NCBI GenBank assembly: GCA_050115495.1
Contig: JASFQK010000009.1
Coordinates: forward strand, 11,757 to 35,756
Origin: Phycisphaerae bacterium
GTDB taxonomy: Bacteria > Planctomycetota > Phycisphaerae > UBA1845 > Fen-1342
Direction: 5' to 3'
Length of the DNA: 24,000 nt
A program made the translations under genes and the position numbers. Under the pieces are notes generated by a model, which was not told where the DNA came from, ran no database searches, and was given only the letters and a program-made list of their open reading frames with translations. Each line of letters begins with the position of its first letter. Position 1 is the stretch's first letter. Shown here piece by piece: positions 1-7,044 of this stretch.

Positions 1-79
1 GAAGAAACGTCCCGAACTCGCCTTTCACCCAGTCCTCGAGTTCCTTTTCGGATTCGAATTCCGCTTCGACGATTGCCAT
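1..79 (-). CDS. hypothetical protein, first 26 codons only (gene continues past the left edge)
   Basis: ATG at 79-77 on the minus strand opens a frame reading MAIVEAEFESEKELEDWVKGEFGTFL with no stop before position 1. Codons are GC3-rich. Too short for a family call. Absent from the ORF track because it is truncated. Confidence 0.3.
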   Translation of the reverse strand, partial: MAIVEAEFESEKELEDWVKGEFGTFL

Positions 80-92
80 GTTCACAGCTCCT

Positions 93-153
93 GACACGTG
101 TCCGCCACGGACACACCTTAGCGGATAGACCGCCCGAGAACCACCCTATCCGC
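93..153. repeat. cluster of short inverted repeats upstream of the truncated gene (GACACGTGTC 93-102; GTGTCC-N5-GGACAC 98-114; GCGGATAG-N17-CTATCCGC 121-153)
   Basis: Read directly from the sequence. Lies 14-75 nt upstream of the minus-strand ATG at 79. Function (operator or 5' UTR hairpins) not established. Confidence 0.4.
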
Positions 154-188
154 ATCACCCTGCGGATGCCGCGGTTCGTTAATCTGGG

Positions 189-339
189 CTGTGGCACGCC
201 GAAGCCCTGAGGCGCCCGCATGTCTTCCGCTCTCGTCAATCCGTGCTTGCGCTCCGTGGGGTACACCACACAGTGTAGCGTCCGGGCTCCGCACCGGACG
301 TCTTCCGGCAGCGTCGCCTTCCGTCGTGGCCGACGTCGA
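189..339 (+). repeat. ~150-bp composite palindromic repeat, decayed copy (long-hairpin module ~189-273, then GTAG-palindrome REP-like units at 274-302 and ~307-338)
   Basis: Aligns by hand over its whole length to the reverse complement of 5707-5856, at roughly three quarters identical positions (approximate). Unit 274-302 reads tGTAG-CGTCCGG-gctccgca-CCGGACG-tc. The helices of the long hairpin are only partly preserved here. Confidence 0.7.
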
Positions 340-399
340 TTATCAACAGACGTACACCACGCCAGCCAATCCCGGGCCGAAATGCCTCGTTGCCGCATC

Positions 400-693
400 T
401 CAACCCCCGCCGCCGTCAGCACCGGGACCGTCGGCGTCCCCGGTCCGCTTCGTCCCCGGCGGGACGCTGGTGCCGCACTCCGGACACCGGCCGCTTGTGT
501 TTCCGGTGAGGTTGTACCCGCACTTCCTGCAATGTCCCGGCGGGATCCCGGGCCGCGACGGCCACCAGATGATCAGCATCACCGGCACGGTGAAGAACAG
601 GAGAACCGGCCAATCAAGCACGAGCAGCGGTACGACGACCGCGAGCCACACACCGGTCACGGACAGCTTGCTGCGGAGCGACTCCAGTGGCAC
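400..693 (-). CDS. small membrane protein with C-terminal zinc-ribbon motif (97 aa)
   Basis: GTG start with GAGGGG Shine-Dalgarno-like sequence about 7 nt upstream. Codons are GC3-rich. Two hydrophobic helices (VTGVWLAVVVPLLVL, VLLFFTVPVMLIIWW) are followed by CRKCGYNLTGNTSGRCPECG (CxxC-x12-CxxC). Starts 30 nt downstream of the protease gene on the same strand. Confidence 0.6.
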   Translation of the reverse strand: MPLESLRSKLSVTGVWLAVVVPLLVLDWPVLLFFTVPVMLIIWWPSRPGIPPGHCRKCGYNLTGNTSGRCPECGTSVPPGTKRTGDADGPGADGGGG

Positions 694-723
694 CGACTAC
701 CCCTCACGACGCATCGCCGCCCC

Positions 724-2556
724 TCACTTCGTCAACATCTGCACGAACTGCGCGATGTCGAAGTTGTTGAATATGCCGTCGCCGTTCACGTCGCCAAGGT
801 TGCGGTCGCAGGTTGGGAAGGCCAATTCGTAGCCGGCGGGATCGGTCAGGGCCTTGACGAACGCGCTGATGTCGAAGTTGTTCACCAGCCCGTCGCAGTT
901 CAGATCGCCCACCAGCCCCGTCACGTGCAGACGCCAATTCACCACGCCGTTGCCGATGGCGTTCGTGGCCCGAATGCTCACCTGATACGGCGTCGCCGCG
1001 TAGCGCGGCCGATTCCACCACACGACGCCGGTCATGTGGTCGATCGTCATCCCCGCCGGTGCCGAGTCGAGCGACCAGTTCAGAACCGGCAGCATGCACG
1101 GACCGTTGGTCAGCACCGGCGTCGGACCCGTGTAAGGCAGCGTGTGCGGCGTAGACTGGTCCGCGATCGGCTGCATGTGCGGTGTGTCCTGCTCGACACC
1201 CAGGTAAAGGACCTGCGTGCTGCTGCCGGCGGAGTTTGTGGCCCGCACGATGATCGTGTACAGGTACTCCGCGCGCACCGGGTTCGGCCAGTAGACCACG
1301 CCCGTGCTCGAGTTGATGCTCATGCCCGATTCCGGATTGTCGATGCTCCAGGTGAGCGGCGCCATGTTCAGCGGGTGCGTCACCGTCGGCGTCGGCCCGA
1401 TGTACGTGACGCCGCACGCCGCCAGATCCTGCCCCAATTCGTTGACGACCGGTGCCAGCCGCTGAATGGCGAGCGCGTTGCAGTAGACATGCGTGTTGTT
1501 GTCTTCGTACTCCTCGGCCACCTCGTCCAGGTCGTCGAAGATCGTCCCGACGTAATAGACGCCGGCGGCGATATCGGCGGGCATGTCCAGCTCGGCGTCG
1601 AAATCGAAGCCGGCGCCGTACGGCAGATCCCAGAACGCCGTCCCCAGCAGCAAATCACTGGTGTTCACGTCGGCATCCGTGGACAAGTAGAACCCCTGCC
1701 GCACGTTGAAGGTGTTCGTGTTGCCGTAGTTCTCGATCACACTGCGCAGCGTCAGCACCTCACCCGGATGCACGGCGGCGGGCGAGAAGGAACAGGGCAC
1801 CGCCCGTCCGATGACGTCGCCGCTCGAATAGCCCGGATTCGCCAGGTCGGTGACCCAGGTGGTCCCGCCGGCGTGCGGATAGAGGAAACGCGTGCCGTTG
1901 CGGTCGTCGGAGTGCACCTCGACGATGGCCTCGTTGCCGGTCGGTCCGCCCGCCGGGTAACGCGGGTTCATCGTGCCGATGAACCAAGGCGTGCCGGGCG
2001 ACTCGGTGCCCTGCGGGTCGTGCCCGAGGCCGAGCGCGTGACCCAGCTCGTGTGTGGCGACCAGCAGGAACGAGTAACCGTACGCCTCGGGATAGCGGAT
2101 CATGTCGCAATCCGGGTTCGGCTCCATCGTCCACCCGACGTTCGCCGGGTAATCGCTGAAAACCATATCCATGTCGTACCACTGGTCCGCGTAGGACACC
2201 ATGTACGTCTCGCCGAGCACGCCGGGATCGAGCTCCTGGGCGGCGACGGCGGCGGTATCGCTGTAACCGTCGTAGTGGTCGATCTCCGGATCGAAGTCGA
2301 GGTTCTCGTAGTAGTAAAGGAAGTCCGCCGACGGCACGAGCACCCACAGGCCCATCGCGCCCTTGTAGAGCGTATCCGTGTCGCTGCCGACCGGAAACGT
2401 CGACGCCGACATGTAGCGCACGCTGTACGCCCCCGGCCAGATCACCGTGTAGCCGCTGTACGCGAAGTACGAGAAGCCGCTCGCCGACTGCCCGCTCACC
2501 CACAGCAGCGCGAGCCCCACGACCGACAACGCCACCCGACGCCATCCGGTTCTCAT
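724..2556 (-). CDS. secreted multidomain metzincin zinc metalloprotease (M10/matrixin-like catalytic domain, CARDB-like domain, two Ig-like repeats, C-terminal dockerin-like module)
   Basis: 610-aa ORF with signal peptide MRTGWRRVALSVVGLALLWVSGQSASG. Zinc site HELGHALGLGH with a downstream Met-turn candidate (GTMNP). A CARDB-like stretch ends ..EEYEDNNTH. Two tandem ~95-aa repeats share W(S/N)(I/L)D..G(M)(S/T)I(N/D)..TGVV(Y/W)W...I(V/R)ATN. Paired EF-hand/dockerin-like segments GDLNCDGLVNNFDISAFV and GDVNGDGIFNNFDIAQFV lie at the C-terminus. Confidence 0.9.
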   Translation of the reverse strand: MRTGWRRVALSVVGLALLWVSGQSASGFSYFAYSGYTVIWPGAYSVRYMSASTFPVGSDTDTLYKGAMGLWVLVPSADFLYYYENLDFDPEIDHYDGYSDTAAVAAQELDPGVLGETYMVSYADQWYDMDMVFSDYPANVGWTMEPNPDCDMIRYPEAYGYSFLLVATHELGHALGLGHDPQGTESPGTPWFIGTMNPRYPAGGPTGNEAIVEVHSDDRNGTRFLYPHAGGTTWVTDLANPGYSSGDVIGRAVPCSFSPAAVHPGEVLTLRSVIENYGNTNTFNVRQGFYLSTDADVNTSDLLLGTAFWDLPYGAGFDFDAELDMPADIAAGVYYVGTIFDDLDEVAEEYEDNNTHVYCNALAIQRLAPVVNELGQDLAACGVTYIGPTPTVTHPLNMAPLTWSIDNPESGMSINSSTGVVYWPNPVRAEYLYTIIVRATNSAGSSTQVLYLGVEQDTPHMQPIADQSTPHTLPYTGPTPVLTNGPCMLPVLNWSLDSAPAGMTIDHMTGVVWWNRPRYAATPYQVSIRATNAIGNGVVNWRLHVTGLVGDLNCDGLVNNFDISAFVKALTDPAGYELAFPTCDRNLGDVNGDGIFNNFDIAQFVQMLTK

Positions 2557-3368
2557 GGCCGGGCCCTCCGCTGCTTGCTGTCGGCCGGAAGCGGCTGGGC
2601 GGCGTCCGCCCCGCGCAACGAACCGCTAGCGGAAACCGACCCCGTCGTGCGCAACGGCACGGGCCGCAGCTTGGCGGGCACCGGGCGACCGGCGGGGACC
2701 TTCAGCTCGTGGTCCTTGCTGCGGTTCAGCACCGGCTCCACAACGGTCCGGAACTCGTCCAGCGTCAGCGCCGGTCGCGTCGGCCCTTTCGGCTCCGCCG
2801 GTCGAACGCGCACGCCTTCGGCAGACACAAGCCGCTCGTCGATCGACGGCCGCGGCGGTTCGGCTACCTGCACCATGCCCTCGTCATTGATGCCGACGAC
2901 CGGCTTGCCGGAGGCATCATGCACGCGGAGCACACCCTCCTCATCCGCCACGACTCGAAACGCCCCCTGCCACAACCCGACGACGGGATAGGTCTTGTAC
3001 TCGGGCAGCAGGAACAGCACCCACGTCTGGCCGACCGCCGGCTCCGGCGCCCCGGACAGGCGCATGGTCATGTCGCCGACCGTACCGCCGGGAACGAGGA
3101 GCGTGAACGTATCGTCCGCGTCGGGCAGGCGGCCTTTCAGGTACGTGACGCCGGTGAGCCGTAGCTCGGTCTCGATCCGCCGCGGGTTCTCCGCCCAATA
3201 CGACCGCGTCTCGGCGACCTCGCCGACGATGACCTGGCCGGCGTATTCGGCCATGGTGGCGACGTCCATCGGCACCACGACCGTCCCCATCGCCACACCC
3301 GCCGCCCAGGCGGCTGCCAGCATCGCCAGGCCGGCGACGCCACTGAGCCGAAGTTGCCTGTCGTTCAT
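2553..3368 (-). CDS. secreted hypothetical protein (271 aa), translationally coupled to the metzincin gene
   Basis: ATG start. N-terminal signal-like segment MNDRQLRLSGVAGLAMLAAAWAAGVAMG. GC3-rich. Its TGA (2555-2553) overlaps the protease ATG (2556-2554) as ATGA. I recognise no family motif. Confidence 0.75.
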   Translation of the reverse strand: MNDRQLRLSGVAGLAMLAAAWAAGVAMGTVVVPMDVATMAEYAGQVIVGEVAETRSYWAENPRRIETELRLTGVTYLKGRLPDADDTFTLLVPGGTVGDMTMRLSGAPEPAVGQTWVLFLLPEYKTYPVVGLWQGAFRVVADEEGVLRVHDASGKPVVGINDEGMVQVAEPPRPSIDERLVSAEGVRVRPAEPKGPTRPALTLDEFRTVVEPVLNRSKDHELKVPAGRPVPAKLRPVPLRTTGSVSASGSLRGADAAQPLPADSKQRRARP

Positions 3369-3590
3369 CTCGGGATTACCTCATGACATCTGATGGCCTG
3401 CCCCGGCGGCGCTGCGTCCGCCGGTGCGGCCCATCATAGCTTATCGAACCCAAACTTCGCGGACTTAGCGGCGTGCGCGCCGCCGCGGCGTTGTTATCGT
3501 GCAAAGGGTGCGGAAGGTCCGAGAACTACGCCGCGCCGGTGGCCGTGCTCGCCGGTACAATACGCCGACCTTTACGCGGAGACCGCAATC

Positions 3591-4580
3591 ATGCCGACGC
3601 CGACGCGAGACGAGTTGCTGCAACTGGCCCGCGGGTTCATGGAGGCCCGCATCCTGCTGACCGCCGCCGAACTGGACGTGTTCACGCTCCTGGCCGGCGA
3701 CTGGCTCGACGTCGAGCAGGTTGCGGCCCGTTGCGGCGGGACGCGGCGCGGCCTGACGATCCTGCTCGACGCCCTCGCCGGCATGGGGCTACTGGCCAAG
3801 CGCGACGGGCGTTACCACTGCGAGTCGCCGATCGCCCAGCACCTTGCCGCCGACAGCCGCGAGTCGGTCCTGCCCATGGTCCGACACAGCGCGTCGCTCT
3901 GGCACCGCTGGTCGGAGCTGACCGAGGTTGTTCGTGGCGAGGCTGAGTCGCCGGCGCGATCGCGTTCGACGTGGGACGAGCGGGCGTTCATCGAGGCGAT
4001 GGCCGTGGTCGCCGGCCCGATGGCGGCGTCGGTCGCCGAGGTCATCGCGCCCGCGTCGGCCCGGCGGCTGCTGGACGTCGGCACGGGACCGGGTTCGTAC
4101 ACGGCGGCGTTGCTGCGCGTCGCCCCACGATTGCACGCCACCGCTTTCGATCTTCCAAGCGTCATCGAGATCGCCCGCGAGCGTCTGCGCGCCGCCGGCC
4201 TCGAACAGCGCGTGACCTTCGTTCCCGGCGATTTCTACGCCGACGAGCTGCCGCCCGGTCACGATCTCGCCCTCTTGTCGGCGATCATCCACCAGAACAG
4301 CCCCCAGCAGAACGTCGATCTGTACCGCAAGGTCTGGCGGGCCCTCGAGCCCGGCGGCCGCATCATCGTCCGCGACCACATTCTCCAGCCTGACCGCGCC
4401 GGCTCGCGCCCGGCGACGATCTTCGCCGTCAACATGCTGGTCGGCACCGAGGGCGGCAACTGCTACACGTTCGCAGAGATTGAAGCGAATCTCGAAGAGG
4501 CTGGCTTCGAGCGCGTCGGGCTGCTCCAGGCGTCGGAGCAGATGGCCGGGGTGGTCGAAGCGTTCAAGCCCGGCAAGTGA
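3591..4580 (+). CDS. class I SAM-dependent O-methyltransferase (Methyltransf_2 type with N-terminal winged-helix dimerisation domain)
   Basis: I trim the track ORF 3393-4580 to the ATG at 3591 (MPTPTRDELLQLARGFMEARILLTAAELDVF...), where similarity to OMT N-terminal domains begins. SAM motif I is LLDVGTGPGSY. FVPGDFY and the ALEPGGRIIV post-I/III-type motifs are present. The upstream extension is Arg/Pro/Ala-rich junk. Confidence 0.85.
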   Translation: MPTPTRDELLQLARGFMEARILLTAAELDVFTLLAGDWLDVEQVAARCGGTRRGLTILLDALAGMGLLAKRDGRYHCESPIAQHLAADSRESVLPMVRHSASLWHRWSELTEVVRGEAESPARSRSTWDERAFIEAMAVVAGPMAASVAEVIAPASARRLLDVGTGPGSYTAALLRVAPRLHATAFDLPSVIEIARERLRAAGLEQRVTFVPGDFYADELPPGHDLALLSAIIHQNSPQQNVDLYRKVWRALEPGGRIIVRDHILQPDRAGSRPATIFAVNMLVGTEGGNCYTFAEIEANLEEAGFERVGLLQASEQMAGVVEAFKPGK

Positions 4581-4611
4581 AACGGACGAGCGAGATAGAT
4601 GAGGGGCACGC

Positions 4612-5397
4612 ATGTCCGACGAGTCGCGCGAGCCGAAGGTTCCGCCGGAGAGTGAGCCGCCGGGCGTGCCGCCGCTCGACGAACCTGCGCCGTTGGACTA
4701 CGCGGCTCGTTCCACCCATCCGCCGAGCCTTACGCTGGCGTGCGCAGCGGTTGTCTGCGCAGCGAGCGCGCAGTTCACGTTTGGCTTCGTCCAAAGCTCC
4801 GGTGTGATCAAGTGGGTGCTGGCCGGCGCCGCCTGCGGTGGCGCCGTCGCACTGGGTGTCGCGGCCCTGATGTGGGGCCGACGGGCGCCGCAACGCTACG
4901 GCGGCCGGCTGATCGCGGTCGGCGCAATCGTCCTGGCCGTACTCGTCCCAGTGGCGGCCGTGGTATCGAACCACCGCCAGCAGGTCATGCAGATGAAAGC
5001 CAGACGTCTTGTGTGCGCCACGAATCTCCGGCTTCTCGGAGACGCCTGCCGGGCCTACGCCAACTACGAGGGATACCCGGCGCCGCCGGATCCGCGCATG
5101 CTCGTGGCGGGCAACATGGTCCCGCCGAGCGCCCTGCAATCGCCCCTGGAGGGCGACTCGCTGACGCTGTGCGATTATGCGTACGTCGCCGGCCTGAACC
5201 CCGCGGAGGATCCTGGCGACTGGATCCTGGCCTACGGCGATCCGGCGCACCGCAACGGGTACGGTGCGAACGTGCTGTACCTCGATGGCACCGTCGAGTT
5301 TCTCGAACCCAAGCAGTTCGGCGAAGCCCTCGCCGCCTTCCGCAAATCCTACGAAGCCGCCCGCGGCCAGCCGCCGACGATCGTGCCGGCGGACTGA
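4612..5397 (+). CDS. membrane protein with internal pseudopilin-like helix and H-X9-DG-like C-terminal domain (DUF1559-related)
   Basis: ATG at 4612 with GAGGGG 5 nt upstream; 31 nt after the methyltransferase gene. Two N-terminal TM segments are followed by LIAVGAIVLAVLVPVAAVVSNHRQQVMQMKARRLVCATNLRLLGDA, which resembles the pseudopilin helix plus ARR-x-x-C-x-NNLKQLG of DUF1559 proteins. The C-terminus HRNGYGANVLYLDGTVEFL resembles the H-X9-DG motif (spacing is 11 here). Confidence 0.75.
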   Translation: MSDESREPKVPPESEPPGVPPLDEPAPLDYAARSTHPPSLTLACAAVVCAASAQFTFGFVQSSGVIKWVLAGAACGGAVALGVAALMWGRRAPQRYGGRLIAVGAIVLAVLVPVAAVVSNHRQQVMQMKARRLVCATNLRLLGDACRAYANYEGYPAPPDPRMLVAGNMVPPSALQSPLEGDSLTLCDYAYVAGLNPAEDPGDWILAYGDPAHRNGYGANVLYLDGTVEFLEPKQFGEALAAFRKSYEAARGQPPTIVPAD

Positions 5398-5412
5398 CAC
5401 GCGGGGGGAAGA

Positions 5413-5479
5413 CACTGGTGGGCAAGCCACCAGTGGCACGCAGCGCAGCGCGAAGGCACTGGTGGACGAGCCACCAGTG
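5413..5479 (+). repeat. two tandem copies of a 23-nt perfect hairpin CACTGGTGG-N5-CCACCAGTG (5413-5435 and 5457-5479)
   Basis: Read directly. Stems are 9 bp, loops GCAAG and ACGAG, both followed by GCAC. A third copy in the opposite orientation lies at 23043-23065. The element sits between the convergent 4612-5397 gene and tRNA-Arg. Confidence 0.85.
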
Positions 5480-5500
5480 GCACCCAGTGCGCGTCTTTTT
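5456..5500 (+). terminator. candidate intrinsic terminator for the 4612-5397 gene
   Basis: GCACTGG (5456-5462) can pair with CCAGTGC (5484-5490), or the inner 9-bp hairpin can form instead. This is followed by GCGTCTTTTT (T-run 5496-5500). The geometry is not textbook. Confidence 0.3.
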
Positions 5501-5525
5501 CCACGAACCCCTGCGTTGATGAGAT

Positions 5526-5599
5526 CGCGCCCGACAGGACTCGAACCTGTAACCCTCGGTTCCGAAGACCGATGCTCTGTCCAATTGAGCTACGGGCGC
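5526..5599 (-). tRNA. tRNA-Arg (anticodon UCG), 74 nt, CCA not encoded
   Basis: Manual cloverleaf on the minus strand: acceptor GCGCCCG/CGGGCGC, D arm GCTC-AATTGGACA-GAGC, anticodon arm TCGGT-CTTCGGA-ACCGA (anticodon TCG). Variable loop GGGTT, T arm ACAGG-TTCGAGT-CCTGT, discriminator G. All stems are fully Watson-Crick. Confidence 0.92.
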
Positions 5600-5631
5600 T
5601 CATGGCCGGCACGAGCCGGCGGCAACGGTGC

Positions 5632-5660
5632 AATATACCGCCCGTGGCGTGGCGTCACAA
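5632..5660 (-). promoter_or_regulatory. candidate sigma70-type promoter for tRNA-Arg
   Basis: The minus strand reads TTGTGA-N17-TATATT (-35 = 5660-5655, -10 = 5637-5632), about 33 nt upstream of the mature tRNA 5' end. Consensus match only; no experimental support. Confidence 0.4.
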
Positions 5661-5706
5661 TTGCGCACGCGCCGCACCCACCGCGAGGTCGAGCGCGTTT
5701 CGGCGG

Positions 5707-5856
5707 TCGACGTCGGCCACGGGGGGCCGACGCTACGGGAAGACGGCCGACACGGAGACCGGCCGCTACGCTGTGTGGCATGTCGAAGCGCAGCGCCGGC
5801 ATGGATTGACGACAGCGGGAAGACATGCCGGCGCCTAAGGCTTCAGCATGCCACAC
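5707..5856 (-). repeat. ~150-bp composite palindromic repeat, intact copy (two 29-nt REP-like units 5709-5737 and 5742-5770, plus an 84-nt three-helix hairpin 5773-5856)
   Basis: Units are GACGTCGGCCACGGGGGGCCGACGCTACG and GACGGCCGACACGGAGACCGGCCGCTACG. In the long hairpin, GTGTGGCATG (5773-5782) pairs with CATGCCACAC (5847-5856). GAAGC (5785-5789) pairs with GCTTC (5840-5844), and GCGCCGGCATG (5793-5803) pairs with CATGCCGGCGC (5824-5834). The element abuts the stop codon of the GH172 gene (5857-5859). The inverted copy is at 189-339. Confidence 0.8.
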
Positions 5857-7020
5857 TCACGTCCGAGACTTCGTCGCCGACGTTGGCGGGCCGGGCGGGG
5901 CGTCCGGGGCCGGTATGAACGGCGGCCAGTCGGGGCGGGCGATGCGCTGTTTTGTCGCCGGCAGGCGCGGAAACGCGGCGTGTGGCTCAAACTGGTACCA
6001 ATACGCCGTGCTGCTGTAATCGTTGCTCAGCTTGTTGTTGTGCCCGTGCTCGATCGTGACCCGGATCGACTTCTCGAACCGGATCGGGTCCTCGATGTGA
6101 AACCGATACAGCGAGTTCTTCCCGCGAAACGGCCAGTTCTCCTCTTCCGGCCCCCATTCCGGCGAGCCGCTGTACTGCGTGATGCCGCAATACGGCGAGC
6201 TGTACACCGTCCGCGGGCAGTACGCCGTCGAGAAGTAATCCTCGGTGCCCGTGCCGTGCAGGCTCGGCGGCCACGGCTCACCATCGATGAAGATCATGTC
6301 GTCGCCTTCGCCGTACCAGTCATTCTTCTCGCGGGCGAAGCAGTCGACGTCGAGATGGCAGCCGACGTACTGACCCCGACCTCGCGCGTCGAGAATGACG
6401 TAATTCTCCGCACCGGTCGTGTTCGGCGTCTTCCAGTACCACTCGAGGTTGGCGCGGTTCTTCGGCCCCTTCAGGTCCTTTCGCCCCCAGCCGACCGTCG
6501 GGTTCTCCCGCCGCCACTGGGCGTGGAAGTACGCGAGATCGTCCGTCCACTCGCGATACGCCTCGTAATCTACGTAGTAGAACAGGTCGATCGGCTCGTG
6601 CCAGCCGTTATGCATCTCGATCCGGGCATGCCGACGAAACGGCATCGGGAACCAGCAATTCATGCCGCGCCCGCGGTCGGGGTTCATCTGCAGCGGCAGC
6701 GACCAGAAGTCCTTGCAGATGCCGAAGCCGCCGCCGAAGAAATCCACCAGCGGCACTTCGACGCTCGGCCGCCGCTCGCCGTCCCACCACATCCGCAGCA
6801 CGCACGAGCGCATGGCGTCGCGCACGTGGGCGTGGCTGTTGGTGCTCCAGATGTGCTTGATGCAGCCGGGGCCGTCGATTTCGGCCACGGTGTGTCGCTC
6901 GCCGGGTGCGACGGGAAACGCGTCGCGGTTGCCGCCCCGCCGGTCGAAGCTGCTCACCCGCCGCGAGCGAAAATCGCGCAGCCGGGCAAGCTGGGCCAAT
7001 GTCGAATAGCCGATCTGCAT
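5857..7020 (-). CDS. DUF2961 / glycoside hydrolase family 172 protein
   Basis: 387-aa ORF, ATG with GGAG 8 nt upstream. Family-typical stretches are present: GPGCIKHIW, LRMWWDGE, PLVDFFG, NCWFPMPF, DWYGEGDDMIFIDGE, LHGTGTEDYF, YRFHIEDPIRF. Starts 24 nt downstream of the Wzy_C-like gene on the same strand. Confidence 0.88.
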   Translation of the reverse strand: MQIGYSTLAQLARLRDFRSRRVSSFDRRGGNRDAFPVAPGERHTVAEIDGPGCIKHIWSTNSHAHVRDAMRSCVLRMWWDGERRPSVEVPLVDFFGGGFGICKDFWSLPLQMNPDRGRGMNCWFPMPFRRHARIEMHNGWHEPIDLFYYVDYEAYREWTDDLAYFHAQWRRENPTVGWGRKDLKGPKNRANLEWYWKTPNTTGAENYVILDARGRGQYVGCHLDVDCFAREKNDWYGEGDDMIFIDGEPWPPSLHGTGTEDYFSTAYCPRTVYSSPYCGITQYSGSPEWGPEEENWPFRGKNSLYRFHIEDPIRFEKSIRVTIEHGHNNKLSNDYSSTAYWYQFEPHAAFPRLPATKQRIARPDWPPFIPAPDAPPGPPTSATKSRT

Positions 7021-7044
7021 GGATGAATCTCCGGTTGGGGAAGG

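Noticed and set aside
220-2991. 923-aa plus-strand ORF, the longest ORF in the left part of the track
   Set aside because: It runs antisense across two well-supported minus-strand genes (metzincin and its upstream partner). Its translation is Arg/His/Pro/Val-rich low complexity with no recognisable motif. This is typical of open antisense frames in high-GC DNA.
3393-3590. N-terminal extensions of track ORFs (3393 for the methyltransferase, 10129 for murC, 16207 for thrS, 19219 for larC, 13245 for ftsQ, 14318 for the membrane protein, 11809 for ddl)
   Set aside because: The extensions are Arg/Pro/Ala-rich and lack homology-like motifs. They often overlap the upstream gene, and a downstream start with a Shine-Dalgarno-like sequence coincides with where the family-typical N-terminus begins.
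3369-3590. Possible promoter (TACAAT at 3556-3561) in the divergent region between the 271-aa gene and the methyltransferase
   Set aside because: I found no acceptable -35 element or extended -10 at the right spacing. A single hexamer is not enough support in a 222-bp region.
189-5856. 5.7-kb segment bracketed by inverted copies of the 150-bp element and containing tRNA-Arg; possible composite transposon or tRNA-linked genomic island
   Set aside because: There is no transposase, integrase or recombinase in or next to the segment. There is no duplicated tRNA 3' end or target-site duplication. One flank copy is decayed, and the same unit family occurs elsewhere (23085-23165). Dispersed REP-type repeats explain it more simply.
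5590-5856. Track ORFs 5590-5856 (-) and 191-832 (+) share a peptide (PHSVA[AS]GLR[VT]GRLP[VA]AS), hinting at a duplicated small protein gene
   Set aside because: The shared peptide is the translation of the repeated REP-like units and long hairpin. The ORFs have no ribosome-binding site, one overlaps the tRNA region, and similarity follows the DNA repeat boundaries rather than an ORF.
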